Source of the DNA: Mustelus asterias
Taxonomy: Eukaryota
Direction: 5' to 3'
DNA: 64,000 nt
Assembly: GCF_964213995.1 (NCBI RefSeq)
Contig: NC_135824.1
Coordinates: 52,824,001 to 52,888,000, forward strand
Of the stretch, positions 37,331 to 49,639 are shown one piece after another. The notes under the pieces are model-generated. The model saw nothing but the letters and a program-made list of their open reading frames with translations, was not told the DNA's origin and did not search any database. A program made the translations under genes and the position numbers. Numbering within the stretch: position 1 is the stretch's first letter; each line of letters begins with the position of its first letter.

Positions 37331-38855
37331 AATTTTCTGTAAGATATAATTCTGTGAGTATGACTATGTCAGGCTTTTGCTTGACTCGGCTGTGAGACAG
37401 CTCTACTTTCAGCACAAGCTCCCAGATGTTATTAAGGAGGATTTTACAGGGCTGGGTTTGCCAATGTTATTTCTGGTGCTTAGGTCAATGCTGGCTGTTG
37501 CATTCTGTTTTATATCTTTGACACTTTTTAGTGCTTTGATACAACTCACTAGCTTGCTGGGCCATTTCAGAATCAATCTCATTGCTACAGGTCTGGAATT
37601 ACATGTAGGCCAGACCAAGCAAGAATGACAGATGTCCTTCCCTGGGGACAGTAGTGAACCAGATGGGTTTTTGCAACAATTGACAGTGGTGTCATGGTCA
37701 TTATTACACTTTAAATTCCAGATTGTGTCTCTTATAGAATTGAAATTCCACCAGCTGCCATGATGGAATTTGAACCTATGTCCCAGAGTCCCTTTCTCTC
37801 TGGATTATTCGTACAGTGATAACATCACTTTGTTCTTAAAACCTGGGCTGGGTCAGGCAGAGCCCCCCTCTTTTTCCCTCCTTGCAGATCTTCCCCTCTC
37901 TGCAGCCTCTGTTCCATTTGTTGGCCATGTCACAGACCCTGACGCACTGTAACTACAGTCCCCATGGTTGATGAACCAAAGCCTCTGTCCTCCCTGAATG
38001 TATAGAGCAGCTGACAGCACAACTTCCAGAAACCCATCCACAATACCCCTACAAACTCTCCAAAGGCAGACGTAAGTCAAAAGGCCCTCAGCGAGTTAGA
38101 TGCGTGGTCTGTTTTGAATGACACGAGAGGGTCTCCTCGTTTTGCTGAAGACATGTTGAGTTGAGAGTGACAAACGCGGGCGTTCAGTGGACGGTTACAG
38201 ACCACGTTTCACAGACGTGTGTCAGAGCTACTGAAACAACCCCCACCCCGCCCCTCGTCCAACATGGAGCAACACACGGGAGACTCCAGAAAGGGAACCC
38301 GCAGAATTTCATTTTTTCTGCGCCCTGTCACGCTGATGTCAGTGACGAGATAGAGCCTAATTTCAAAATCAGGAAGAGATACAGAGTGAAAGAAAATTAA
38401 CTTTCGGCAGGAAATTGGACAAATATTTAACAGGGAATACATTGAAGGATTATCTGAAAAGGGAGTGTGACGAATTGGAATGCTGGGGCAACATGAAGTA
38501 TTCAAACACAAGAAGGTGAATGTTAAAACTCAGGCATTGCTAGATTGGTTGAAGTGGCTCATTCAAATCACATTCAGACATTTGCTCTTGTTACAGATCC
38601 ATGGAGGGTGGACCTAGATAGGATCAGTGCCCCATGTGGGCAAGTGCCGAGACCACAATAGAAGTGACTGGTGGAGTTGTTCACAACATTAGCGCATCCA
38701 TCATTAATGCAAAATGGCGGGTAGAAATATAGAATTGGAAAATAGTTTCAAATAGAGTTACAAGCAGTAGAATTTTGGAAAATGGAGAAAGAGATGGGGA
38801 CTCAAAGGGGTAATGCCATGGAGGGATTTGATCAGGAGTGAGAATATTAATATTA

Positions 38856-40480
38856 AGGCTGAGGGGTGACCTGATCGAGGTGTACAAGATTATGGGGGGC
38901 ATGGACAGGGTGGATAGGGAACAGCTGTTCCCCTTAGTTGAAGGGTCAGTTACGAGGGGACACAAGTTGAAAGTGAGGGGTTGGAGGTTTAGGGGGTATT
39001 TGAGGAGAAACCTTTTTACTCAGAGAGTGGTGACGGTCTGGAATGCGCTGCCTGGGAGGGTGGTGGAGGCGGGATGCCTCACATCCTTTAAGAAGTACCT
39101 GGATGAGTTCTTGGCATGCCATCATCGTCCACCAAGTCCTTCTCTGGTGAATACTGATGCAAAGTACTCATTTAATACCTCGCCCATTTTCTCTGGCTCC
39201 ATGAATAAATTCCCTCCCCTCTCATTGAGTGGATCAACCCTTTCCCTGGCTACCCTCTTAATGTTTATATATGTATGAAAAGCCTTAGGATTTTCCTTAA
39301 TCCTGTTGGCCAATGACTTTTCGTGCCCCCTTTTAGCCCATCTGACTCCTTGATTAAATTTCTTTCTACTTTCCTCGTTTGCTTCATATGTTCCCAGCCT
39401 CCTCGCTTTGACAAATGCTCCCTTTTTCTTTTTGACTCTACTCACAACATCTCCCGTTATTCAGGGTTCCCAAGATGTGCCATATTTATCCTTCATCTTT
39501 ACAGGAATGTGCCAGTCCTGAATTCCTATCAACTTACACTTGAAAGCCTCCCACATGCCAGATATTGATTTGCCCTCAAACATCTGCCCCCAATCTACAT
39601 TCTTCAGTTCTGCCTAATATTGTTGTAATTAGCCTTCCCCCAATTTAACACCTTCACCTGAGGACTACACTCATCTTTATCCATCAGTACCTTAAAGATT
39701 ACTGAATTGTGGTCACTGTCCCTGAACTGCTACCCTACTGAAACATCAACCACCTGGCCAGGCGTATTCCCCAATACCAGGCCCAATGTGGTCCCTTCCC
39801 GAGTTGAACCATCTACATGGTGTTTGAACAAGCTTTCCCGGATGCTCCTTACAAACTCCTTACAAACTCCTTACAAACTCCTTACAAACTCTGCCCCATC
39901 CACACTCCTAGCACTAAGTGAGTCCCAATCAATATCGGAGAAGTTAAAATTATCCACCATAACAACCCTGTTACTTTTACATGTTGCCAAAATCTGCCTA
40001 CATATCTGTTCCTCTGTCTCCCGCTGGCTGCTAGGAGGCCTATAGTAAACCCCCAACATTGTGACTATACCTTTCCTATTCCTGAGCTTTACCTATATTG
40101 CCTCACTATATGAGACCTCCGAGGTGTGCTCCCGCAGAACAGCTATGATATTCTCCTTAACTAGTAGTGCAACTCCCCTTTTACACCCCCCTCTATCACA
40201 CCTAAAACATCTGTATCCTGGAACATTTAACTGTCAATCCTATCCTTCCCTTAACCAAGTCTCTGTAATGGCAACAGCATCGTAGTTCCAAGTATTAATC
40301 CAAGCTCTAAATTCATCTGCCTCACCTGTTACACTTCTCGCATTGAAACAAATGCACTTCAGTCCACCAGACACTCTTTGATCAGCAATTACACCCTGCC
40401 TGCTCTTCCTCTGAGTCTTACTGACCCTACTCGTTTCCCTTCACTTAATTCCCACCCCCCTGCCAAACTAGTTTAAATTT
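38856..40480. mobile_element. CR1 LINE with internal inversion (3' part + at 38856-39122, endonuclease part - at 39125-40480)
   Basis: LRGDLIEVYKIM...FTQRVV on plus abuts LGVYYRPP/KENPKAF on minus. Confidence 0.75.
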
Positions 40481-40978
40481 TTCTACAAAGTGTTGGATAT
40501 GTGGATTTAACGAATACCCAGATGAGGGTTTATCCAGCGGACAGGTTGATCCAGAGGATGATATTCTGGAGGTTATGGTGCTCCGGACTGGGGATGGATG
40601 GGATTTGGACTCAGCAATGTACTCAGTGTCAAAGGGGATAAAGGAGGTTCCACTCACTCTGGTTCAGCCTCAGATTTGGTCAGATGCAGGAATGGAGTCA
40701 AGGGATGGGGAAGGGGCTCCATTTCCATATTGCCAATACTTAAATAAAAAGGAAAGCGATGCAATGGAACACAGATTACAGACATCATATTTGGAGACAG
40801 TGGATTGCCAGGAATTAAAAAGGAGAAAGCAAGTGGTCAAGGATACTGCAAGTGCGGCCAGTGGTTTGTGGGATTAATAACTTGATTCAGGGATTCAACA
40901 GAAACACAACAGCAAAAAGGGCAGAGTAAATGACAAGAACAGGGTTTATAGAATTAATAATCGGACAGACAGACTTAC

Positions 40979-41159
40979 CAGGGACACCAACAATTGCCAA
41001 GATGGGATAGTAAATGAATTGAATCACCTTCAGTGTAAATTTGATCCGATCAGCGAATATTATCCAGCGAGAATCTGAAGTTATCAGATTAAACATGTAG
41101 GAAAGACTTCTGTCCATTGCTGTAACATTCCAATCGATTGTTCTCAGATTCAGATCCAT
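40979..41159 (-). CDS. GPCR paralogue A, exon 1 (N-terminus + first half of TM1); spliced protein 360 aa
   Basis: MDLNLRTIDWNVTA...YYPILAIVGVP|G, 181 nt, GTAAGT donor; splicing restores GVPVNL in TM1; same layout as paralogue B. Confidence 0.88.
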
Positions 41160-41420
41160 TGTTGGAACATTCTAACCTATTGTTCTCAGATCTGGATCTC
41201 TCCTCTCCCTCTCTCTGGAGCCACTGATCTCTGTTGTGTCGGAGTTGTTGTTTCCACTGACTCTGACTACGGGATAACACATTGAAAGGAACCTCCTAAT
41301 AGATGAGGGAAACCCTCCAGTGACACAATCAGGATCCACAGAGACTGACATTAATTACAGTCACTGAACAAACACCCTTAGTTAACCCCTTTCAATCCAA
41401 CACTTTTTATGTCACAATAA
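41160..41420 (-). promoter_or_regulatory. Conserved 5'UTR/promoter of GPCR A
   Basis: Strongly similar to 60088-60345 upstream of GPCR B. Confidence 0.6.
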
Positions 41421-41594
41421 AGTCAAACATTTTTCTGGTCTCAATGTGGTTTGTAAGGGTCAGTAAGGGATGGAAAAGTAGAATTAACGGAGGGTCCGAC
41501 AATAATCTTTCAAATGTCCTTGGCTATTCTGAGTGGTCCCTCCGTTATCACGTTTGTGGGTCTTAGAGGGGTTGTCATTCGCAGGATTGTAAAG

Positions 41595-41875
41595 TAAAGT
41601 TTATTTATTAGTCACAAGTAGGCTTACATTAACACTGCAATGAAGTTACCATGAAAATCCCCCAGTCGCCACACTCCGGCGCCTGTTCAGGTCAATGCAC
41701 CTAACCCGTACATCTTTGGACTGTGGGAGGAAATCACAGTACCCGGAGGAAACCCACGCAGACACGGGTAGAACGTGCAAACTCTAGCCGGGCACTGACC
41801 CAAGTCAGGAACCGAACCTGGGTCCCTGGTGCTGTGAGGCAGCAGTGCTAACCACTGTGCCACCGTGCCACCCCA
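41595..41875 (-). mobile_element. HE1-type SINE (tail type 1)
   Basis: Head, core and tail recognisable. Confidence 0.8.
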
Positions 41876-43692
41876 TTGATAGGGACTGCTGATGGCGAGG
41901 CTGCTATTGAATGAACACTCTGTTATAAATAAGAACAAAGACCAAAGAAAAGTACAGCACAGGAACATGCCCTCCAAGCCTGCACCAATCATGGTGCCTA
42001 CCTAAACTAAAACCATATGCACTTACGGAATCCGTATCCTTCCATTCCCATCCTATTCATGCATTTGTCTAATTGCCTCTTAAACGCTACTATCATACAT
42101 GCTCCCACCACTTCCCTGGGCAGCGCGTTCCAGACATTCACCACCCTCTGTGTAAAAACCTTGCCTCGCACATCTCCTCTAAACTTTTCCCCATGCACCT
42201 TAAATCTATGTCCCCTAGTTCTTGACTTTTCTACCCTTGGGAAGAGCATCTGACTATCCACTCTGTCCAAGCCACTCATAATCTTGTAGACTTGTATCAG
42301 GTCACCCCTCAACCTCCGTCATTCCAGTGAAAACTGTTGCCTCTTATCTGCCGCACAGACTGTTTTAACCCTCATACATAGAACATAGAACATAGAACAT
42401 TACAGCGCAGAACAGGCCCTTCGGCCCACGATGTTGCACCGACCAGTTAAAAAAAAAAACTGTGACCCTCCAACCTAAACCAATTTCTTTTCGTCCATGA
42501 ACCTATCTACGGATCTCTTAAACGCCCCCAAACTAGGCGCATTTACTACGGTGGACAAATAACTACGGGTAGACTTCTTATTAGTACAACCAATATTTAC
42601 TTAAACCCACACAATCAATAATCACCCACCCATCCAACGACAAGTTATCTTACAGGAAAATACTAAAGTTCAAGTCCAATCTCTGCCAGTTAAAAAAAAC
42701 CACAAGAAATAAAACACATTCCAATGTGATGATGTCACGATTTCTTCAAGACAAAGGAAAGAGCACATGGTTCCCTCCAAGGTTTAAATCCTTTCTTAAA
42801 AACATTTGAACCCAGGATTATTCAAAATTCAAATTGGTTATTTCAAACTTCAATTTATGTACTTTGATTTTGAAATTTCAATTTACTTTCCAAAAATTGT
42901 GTTCAAAGTAATGTCCCACATATATATATATATATTATTTATGTATTTATATTCTATACCTCTTAAGCACAATCATGGCCATTGATTCTACTTAAAAGGT
43001 TAAGGAATTCCAAAAATTTATTTCAAATGAATCCAATCCAATTTCCAATTTTCTTTTAAACTCTGTATCAAACCCACTGTTGTAAAATCACAATTCGGGG
43101 AAGAACATTGAAACATTAAAGCAAACAACAAAAACATCCACGCAACCACTTTATTAAACACACACAGACACACATGGAAGCTTCCAACATTCATTCCACA
43201 GCACTTCCTCTTTCATTCAAACTTAACATTTTAAACTGGGATGAAAATAAAACATTTATAGAAAAAAACAGAAAATTGATTACGATGGTCGCTTTCATTC
43301 TTCTTTCTTCCAAACTGTAATTAAACTCAAAAACAGAAGTAAATTCAAGAAGTCTTATACTTAAATTTTAACAGTTTTAACACTTCCTCAGCCCCTTTGA
43401 AGTTAAACCAAAGTGTAAAGCATTGCATTTATTGCCTGCAATAAATATTCCCCAAGAACAAACAGGCTTTAACAACTCCTGCTCTCAATCTAATTCAACA
43501 ACAACCACCTACATTCGACAAGCAACCAGACCACACAAACACGCTGAAATACAAAATCTACTCAAATTATTAGCTCAACCTTAGATTTTTTCTAATCAAT
43601 TTTCCATCTTGCCAATTAATTTATAATATTTCCCCAGTAAGTTGAGAGAACATAGTTCCTTTCTCTCAAAATTCTGTAACACACACTGCACA

Positions 43693-43704
43693 CTCCCCCC
43701 TTTT
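43693..43704 (-). other. Polypurine tract
   Basis: T-run, then AAAAGGGGGGAG, directly followed by TG. Confidence 0.7.
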
Positions 43705-44958
43705 AAAAAAAACCAAAGGACCTTTCGGGGTTCTTTGTGATGTTAGTGAGGGTTTAAGCTCCTTACTTCACATGGCCTCTTTTAATGGGGTTCATGGGCA
43801 TAACATTTTCTAATACCGCAAGACTATCCATTGATGGGGGCAGTTAAGTCTGCATTCAGAACTATATACAGTGCTGAGATTCTTCAAAACATTCATTCCT
43901 TCTCAATCAACAACATCTTCTGGTTATTCCATGCCCTCCTTGCAACTAATAGTCACAAAATTCATCAGACCAGGGGCAAATTCTAAACTTACTGTGGGAT
44001 CAGGTGCCTCCACAAAAGGAGGTGGGGGTCCCCAGTTAATGCCACGTGCAAAATGGGCATTCTTTTCCAGATACAATCCACAACCCAATCCATAAACACC
44101 ATCTCCCTCAGACTCAACCGTCCCAAATATAGACAACATCCCTACTTGCATTGGCAACTGAGATTTTAATTGATTAATCTCCTGCTAGAACTTGGAGTAA
44201 TCAGAACTTTGATTCTTTTCACTAACTTGATGTACTTTAAACTGAATCATAGACAATATATTTACCTCATTGTTTTGTTCCTGCTTATCTACTTTTCCAC
44301 AAAATTACTCATTTTCTTCTCTTAACTTCTCAGCCATCTCTCATAATTTGTAACTCATTTTATAACTTCATTTCCTCGGATTTCTCACTTTGTAACTCTT
44401 CTAAACCTAATAATCGCAATAACTTTACTCAATTTCAACAAACGTTTTCCTTTAACTCTCCCCAATCTGCATTCTCTATCTCCTCTTAATTCTTTTTCTG
44501 TTCCAAGCAGCTCACAATGGCAATTTCTTTCTCACATTTGTCTGCCCGTTTTCCCTGAACTTTCCTTAGATCATCCCAATACTTCTGCCCTAGGGATCCC
44601 TGTCCCGTCTCAGTATTGGCACAAGATGCTGCCCATAGGGGCCACCCTTTCTTCTTAATATATTCCCTGATTCTTGTTGCCCATATGGGATATGTCTCTA
44701 TACTGCTTCCTGCCATTCTATATTACACAACAAGGGGTAGGGAGTTGATCGGACTGCGGGTACGGCTTTGGGCTATGTTCCGGTCCTAATCCCTCAGGGT
44801 TCTTATACAAACCTACAGAGTTTACCCTATCCTCCTTGTTAGTAATAATACAATGTCCAATAAGGAGTTTACACCTGTCGGCTCTGAATTCTAAATAATC
44901 GTCCAATATAAATTCTGCGGGATTCGATATCAGAGCAACAAAGTTACTTCTTTTCAAT

Positions 44959-44976
44959 GTCCCGGCGGAGTCGCCA
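44959..44976 (-). other. Primer binding site complementary to the 3' end of tRNA-Arg(UCU)
   Basis: TGGCGACTCCGCCGGGAC, 2 nt after the LTR CA end; matches the recalled vertebrate tRNA-Arg-TCT end GTCCCGGCGGAGTCG+CCA. Confidence 0.8.
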
Positions 44977-45972
44977 ATTGTTGACTCTTATCTGCTGAAC
45001 AGTCTGTTTTAACCCTTATACGGTGGACAAATAACTACGAGTAGACATCTTGTTAGTACAACCAATATTTATTTAAACCCACACAATCAATAATCACCCA
45101 CCCAACCAACGATAAGTTATCTTACAGGAAAATACTAAAGTTCAAGTCCAATACGAGACCTTGACTTAACTTTGCGTGACAGGCAAGTACCCAAGCAGAT
45201 ATTGGCCTTTATCTGTGCACTGGTCTCGGTAGTCATCTGCATAGTCTGGTCCTTTGGTCTGGTCTGGTACTCGGGCTCTGGTCTTCCTTCCTTCTTTCTC
45301 AGGTGTGGTGGCTCTCCTCGTGCTGGTCGTCGCTGGCGATGTTCACCATTGTTGTAGCTCATTCGTGGGGTCAGAGAGAGAGAGAGATTCCTGGTTGCGC
45401 AGCACCCTTTATACCCCATTGGGTTTCGCACCCCTTTTAGCCATTGCCAATCAATCGATCAGGGCTTGATCACCCTAATCGATAAAGCCCAATCGGGTGC
45501 TGCCACACCAATCTCTGGGTGTGTTCCCAACGGCCATGTCTGTAGGTGCTGGAGGCACATAGGTCACATACCTCCCTCCCAAATAAGGGGTCACGGTGCC
45601 CTTATGTCTGGTAAACAACCCACTGCGACCAGAAAGTCTCTTTGATCCTGGAGATGACCCATTTCCTGTGGATTCACACGCCCGGGTTGCAGCCTGTTTG
45701 CCTCTGACTTTTAAACTGCAGCCTGTCGTTTTAGTTCTTGCCCAATTGTCCCAGAGTGCTTTACAAATCGCCATTTCAGATGGCCCGTTTGGCCACAGAA
45801 CAAACCGGGTTGATCCAACCTCTCCTCTTGAACCCAAGCTCCCGGTTGAGGCCGTCCTCATGTGTGCAGAACTTGGCTATCAGTTTCTGCTCAGCGATTC
45901 TGCGTTGTCGTGTGTCGTGAAGGCCGCCTTGGAGAACGCTTACCTGAAGATCAGAGGCCGAATGCCCTTGAC

Positions 45973-47605
45973 ACAACATAGAACAGTACAGCACAGAACA
46001 GGCCCTTCGGCCCACGATGTTGTGCCGAGCTTTATCTGAAACCAAGATCAAGCTATCCCATTCCCTATCATCCTGGTGTGCTCCATGTGCCTATCCAATA
46101 ACCGCTTAAATGTTCCTAAAGTGTCTGACTCCACTATCACTGCAGGCAGTCCATTCCACACCCCAACCACTCTCTGCGTAAATAACCTACCTCTGATATC
46201 CTTCCTATATCTCCCACCACGAACCCTATAGTTATTCCCCCTTGTAATAGCTCCATCCACCCGATGAAATAGTCTTTGAACGTTCACTCTATCTATCCCC
46301 TTCATCATTTTATAAACCTCTATTAAGTCTCCCCTCAGCCTCCTCCGCTCCAGAGAGAACAGCCCTAGCTCCCTCAACCTTTCCTCATAAGACCTACCCT
46401 CCAAACCAGGCAGCATCCTGGTAAATCTCCTCTGCACTCTTTCCAGCGCTTCCACATCCTTCTTATAGTGAGGTGACCAGAACTGCACACAATATTCCAA
46501 ATGTGGTCACCAAGGTCCTGTACAGTTGCAGCATAACCCCACGGCTCTTAAACTCCAACCCCCTGTTAATAAAAGCTAACACACTATAGGCCTTCTTCAC
46601 AGCTCTATCCACTTGAGTGGCAACCTTTAGAGATCTGTGGATATGGACCCCAAGATCTCTCTGTTCCTCCACAGTCTTCAGAACCCTACCTTTGACCCTG
46701 TAATCCACATTTAAATTATCCTTACCAAAATGAATCACCTCACATTTATCAGGGTTAAACCCAATTGCCATTTTCAGCCCAGCTTTGCATCCTATCTATG
46801 TGTCTTTGCAGCCTACAACAGCCCTCCACCTCATCCACTACTCCACCAATCTTGGTGTCATCAGCAAATTTACTGATCCACCCTTCAGCCCCCTCCTCTA
46901 AGTCATTAGTAAAAATCACAAAGAGCAGAGGACCAAGCACTGATCCCTGTGGCACTCCGCTTGCAACCTGCCTCCAATCCGAAAATTTTCCATCCACCAC
47001 CACCCTCTGTCTTCGATCAGACAGCCAGTTACCTATCCAATCTGCCAACTTTCCCTCTATCACACACCTCCTCACTTTCATCATAAGCCGACCATGGGGG
47101 ACCTTATCAAACGCCTTACTAAAATACATGTACATGACATCAACTGCCCTACCTTCATCAACACACTTAGTTACCTCCTCAAAAAATTCAATCAAATTTG
47201 TGAGGCACAACTTGCCCTTCACGAATCCGTGCTGACTATCCCGGATTAATCCGCATCTTTCTAAATGGTCGTAAATCCCATCCCTAAGGACCTTTTCCAT
47301 CAATTTACCAACGACCGAAGTAAGACTAACCGGTCTATAATTAGCAGGGTCATTTCTATTCCCTTTCTTAAACAGAGGAACAACATTCGCTATTCTCCAG
47401 TCCTCTGGCACCATCCCCGTGGACAGTGAGGACCCAGAGATCAAAGCCAAAGGCTCTGCAATCTCATCCCTTGCCTCCCAAAGAATCCTAGGATACATTT
47501 CATTAGGCCCAGGGGACTTATTGGCCTTCAGTTTATTCAAAACTGCCAGGACATCCTCCCTCCGAACATCTATTTCCTCCAGCCTATTAGCCTGTTACAC
47601 CTTCA
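45973..47605 (-). mobile_element. 5'-truncated CR1 LINE flanked by Penelope-like fragments (45835-45971 -, 47637-48006 +)
   Basis: RT ORFs 46048-47540; near-identical to 6670-8320. Confidence 0.9.
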
Positions 47606-47882
47606 CCTTCTCTTTGATTGCTGATGTGTTCCTCGACAACCCCAATCTTGGGTTCATGTCACACTATCTGCAACCCCCACAAATTGCCTGGGTTTGCAAA
47701 ATCTCAGTAACTGTCCTGGCTGGAGACAATACACATCTCTTTAACCTGTGCTTAACTCTTCCTCCACTCACATTGTCTGCACTTGTAAAGACGTGATTAC
47801 CTATTAAGACTCGCATTCCAACCATTATCTTGTAATTGAGTTTGTGTCTATATATGCCGATTTGTGAAACAAATCCTGCACT

Positions 47883-47917
47883 CAACTGATGAAGGGGCAG
47901 TGCTCCGAAAGCTTGTG
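47883..47917 (+). ncRNA. Minimal type I hammerhead ribozyme motif (PLE-borne)
   Basis: CUGAUGA (47886-47892)-A-GGGGC-AGU-GCUCC-GAA-AGCU-U-GUG. Confidence 0.65.
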
Positions 47918-48006
47918 CTACCAAATAAACCTGTTGGACTTTAATCTGGTGTTGTGAGACGACTTACTATGTCTACTCCAGTCCAATGCCAGCAACTCCA
48001 CATCAT

Positions 48007-48920
48007 GTTTCCCACATCTATCATCTTCGTCACTTTCTCGAAACATTTGATCAAGTTAGCGATGCACAACCTCCCCTTCACAAAGTCTTGCTGTCTATCA
48101 CTAATAAGTCCGTTTCTTTCCAAATTTAAGTAAATCCTGTTGTTAAGAATCCTTTCCAATAATTTCCCGACCACTGATGTAAGGCTCACCGGCCCATAAT
48201 TTTCTGGATTATCCCTGTTGCCCTTCCTAAACAATGGAACAACATTGGCTATCCTCCAGTCCAATGAGAATACGAAGATTTCTGTCAAGCCCCCAGCAAT
48301 TCCCGCCCTTGCCTCACTCAGTATTCTGGGGTAGATCCCATCAGGCCCTGGGGACTAAACTACTTCAATGCTTTTTTAGTCACCCAATACCTCCTTCTTT
48401 TTGATATTGACATGACCCAGAATATCTACACACCCTACCCTATGCTCCTCATCCATCAAGTCCCTCTCTTTGGTGAATATTGAGGCAAAGTATACATCTC
48501 GCCTATTTCCTCTGGTTCCATGCATAGATTCCCTCCACTATCCTTGAGTGGACCAACCCTTTCCCTGGCTACCTTCTTGCTCTTCACATACGTATGAAAT
48601 GCCTTAGGATTTTCCTTAATCCTGTTTGCCAAAGACTTTTCGTGACCCGTTTTAGCCCTCCTCACTCCTTCCTTAAGTTCCTTCCTACATTCTTTATATT
48701 CTTCAAGGGCTTCATCTGTTCTAAGCCTTTTAGAGCTGATGAATGGTTTTTTTTGACGAGGCTCATAATATCCCTCGTTATCAAGGGTTCCCGATACTTG
48801 CCACATTTATCTTCCATCCTCACAGGTACATGCCTGTCCTGATTTCAAATCAACTGACATTTGAAAGATTTCCACATGTCGGACGTTGATTTACCCTCAA
48901 ACAGCCTCCCCCAATCTACA
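48007..48920 (-). mobile_element. Degenerate CR1 ORF2 fragment, followed by a SINE at 48920-49135
   Basis: [18 protein letters not shown] motifs. Confidence 0.75.
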
Positions 48921-49139
48921 TTTAGCATGGCCAATTCACCTAACCAGCACATCTTTTGGACTGGGGGAGGAAATCGGAGAACCCGGAGGAAACCCACGCA
49001 GACACGGGGAGAACGTGCAACCTCCACACAGACAGTGACCCAAGTCAGGAATCGAACCCGGATGCCTGGCACTGTGAGGCAGCAGTGCTAACCACTGTGC
49101 CACCATGCTGCCCACTGTGCCACCGTGCTGCCCGTGTCA

Positions 49140-49164
49140 ATGAATAGGGAGAGCGAGAGACAGG

Positions 49165-49196
<32 letters not shown>

Positions 49197-49625
49197 CAGG
49201 GAGAGGTAGAGAGACTGGGAGAAAGGGAACGGGAGATTGAGAGGCTGGAAGAAAGAGCGACTGGGGGCGATGGGAGACCAGTGGATAGAGAGTGACTGGG
49301 AGAAAGGGAACGGGAGATTGAGAGGCTGGAAGAAAGAGCGACTGGGGGCGATGGGAGACCAGTGGATAGAGAGAGACTGGGAGAAAGGGAACGGGAGATT
49401 GAGAGGCTGGAAGAAAGAGCGACTGGGGGCGATGGGAGACCAGTGGATAGAGAGTGACTGGGAGAAAGAGAGAGAAAAACTGGCAGAGAGCGAGAGAGAC
49501 TGAGGAAGAGACAAACTGAGAGTCTGGGAGAGAGAGGGAGACTGAAGGAGAGAGAGACTGAGAGAGAGAAACTGGGAGAGATCGGGAGAGACTGAGAGAG
49601 AGAGAGAGAGGCTGGGAGAGAATGG
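49140..49625. repeat. GA-rich low-complexity tract containing three near-perfect ~81-bp tandem units (49213-49465)
   Basis: GACTGGGAGAAAGGGAACGGGAGATTGAGAGGCTGG... repeated three times. Confidence 0.85.
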
Positions 49626-49639
49626 AAGATTGGCTCGAG

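Larger units (their letters stand above)
42335..45797 (-). mobile_element. Short non-autonomous endogenous retrovirus (5' LTR 45797-44979, PBS, gag remnant, PPT, 3' LTR-like 43692-42335)
   Basis: TG...CA ends; interrupts a CR1 (AAAC/GAAC duplication; CR1 resumes at 45798); ~170-bp repeat shared by both ends; gag-like IKKKGWPLW...AIVSCL ORF 44716-44486. Confidence 0.8.
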
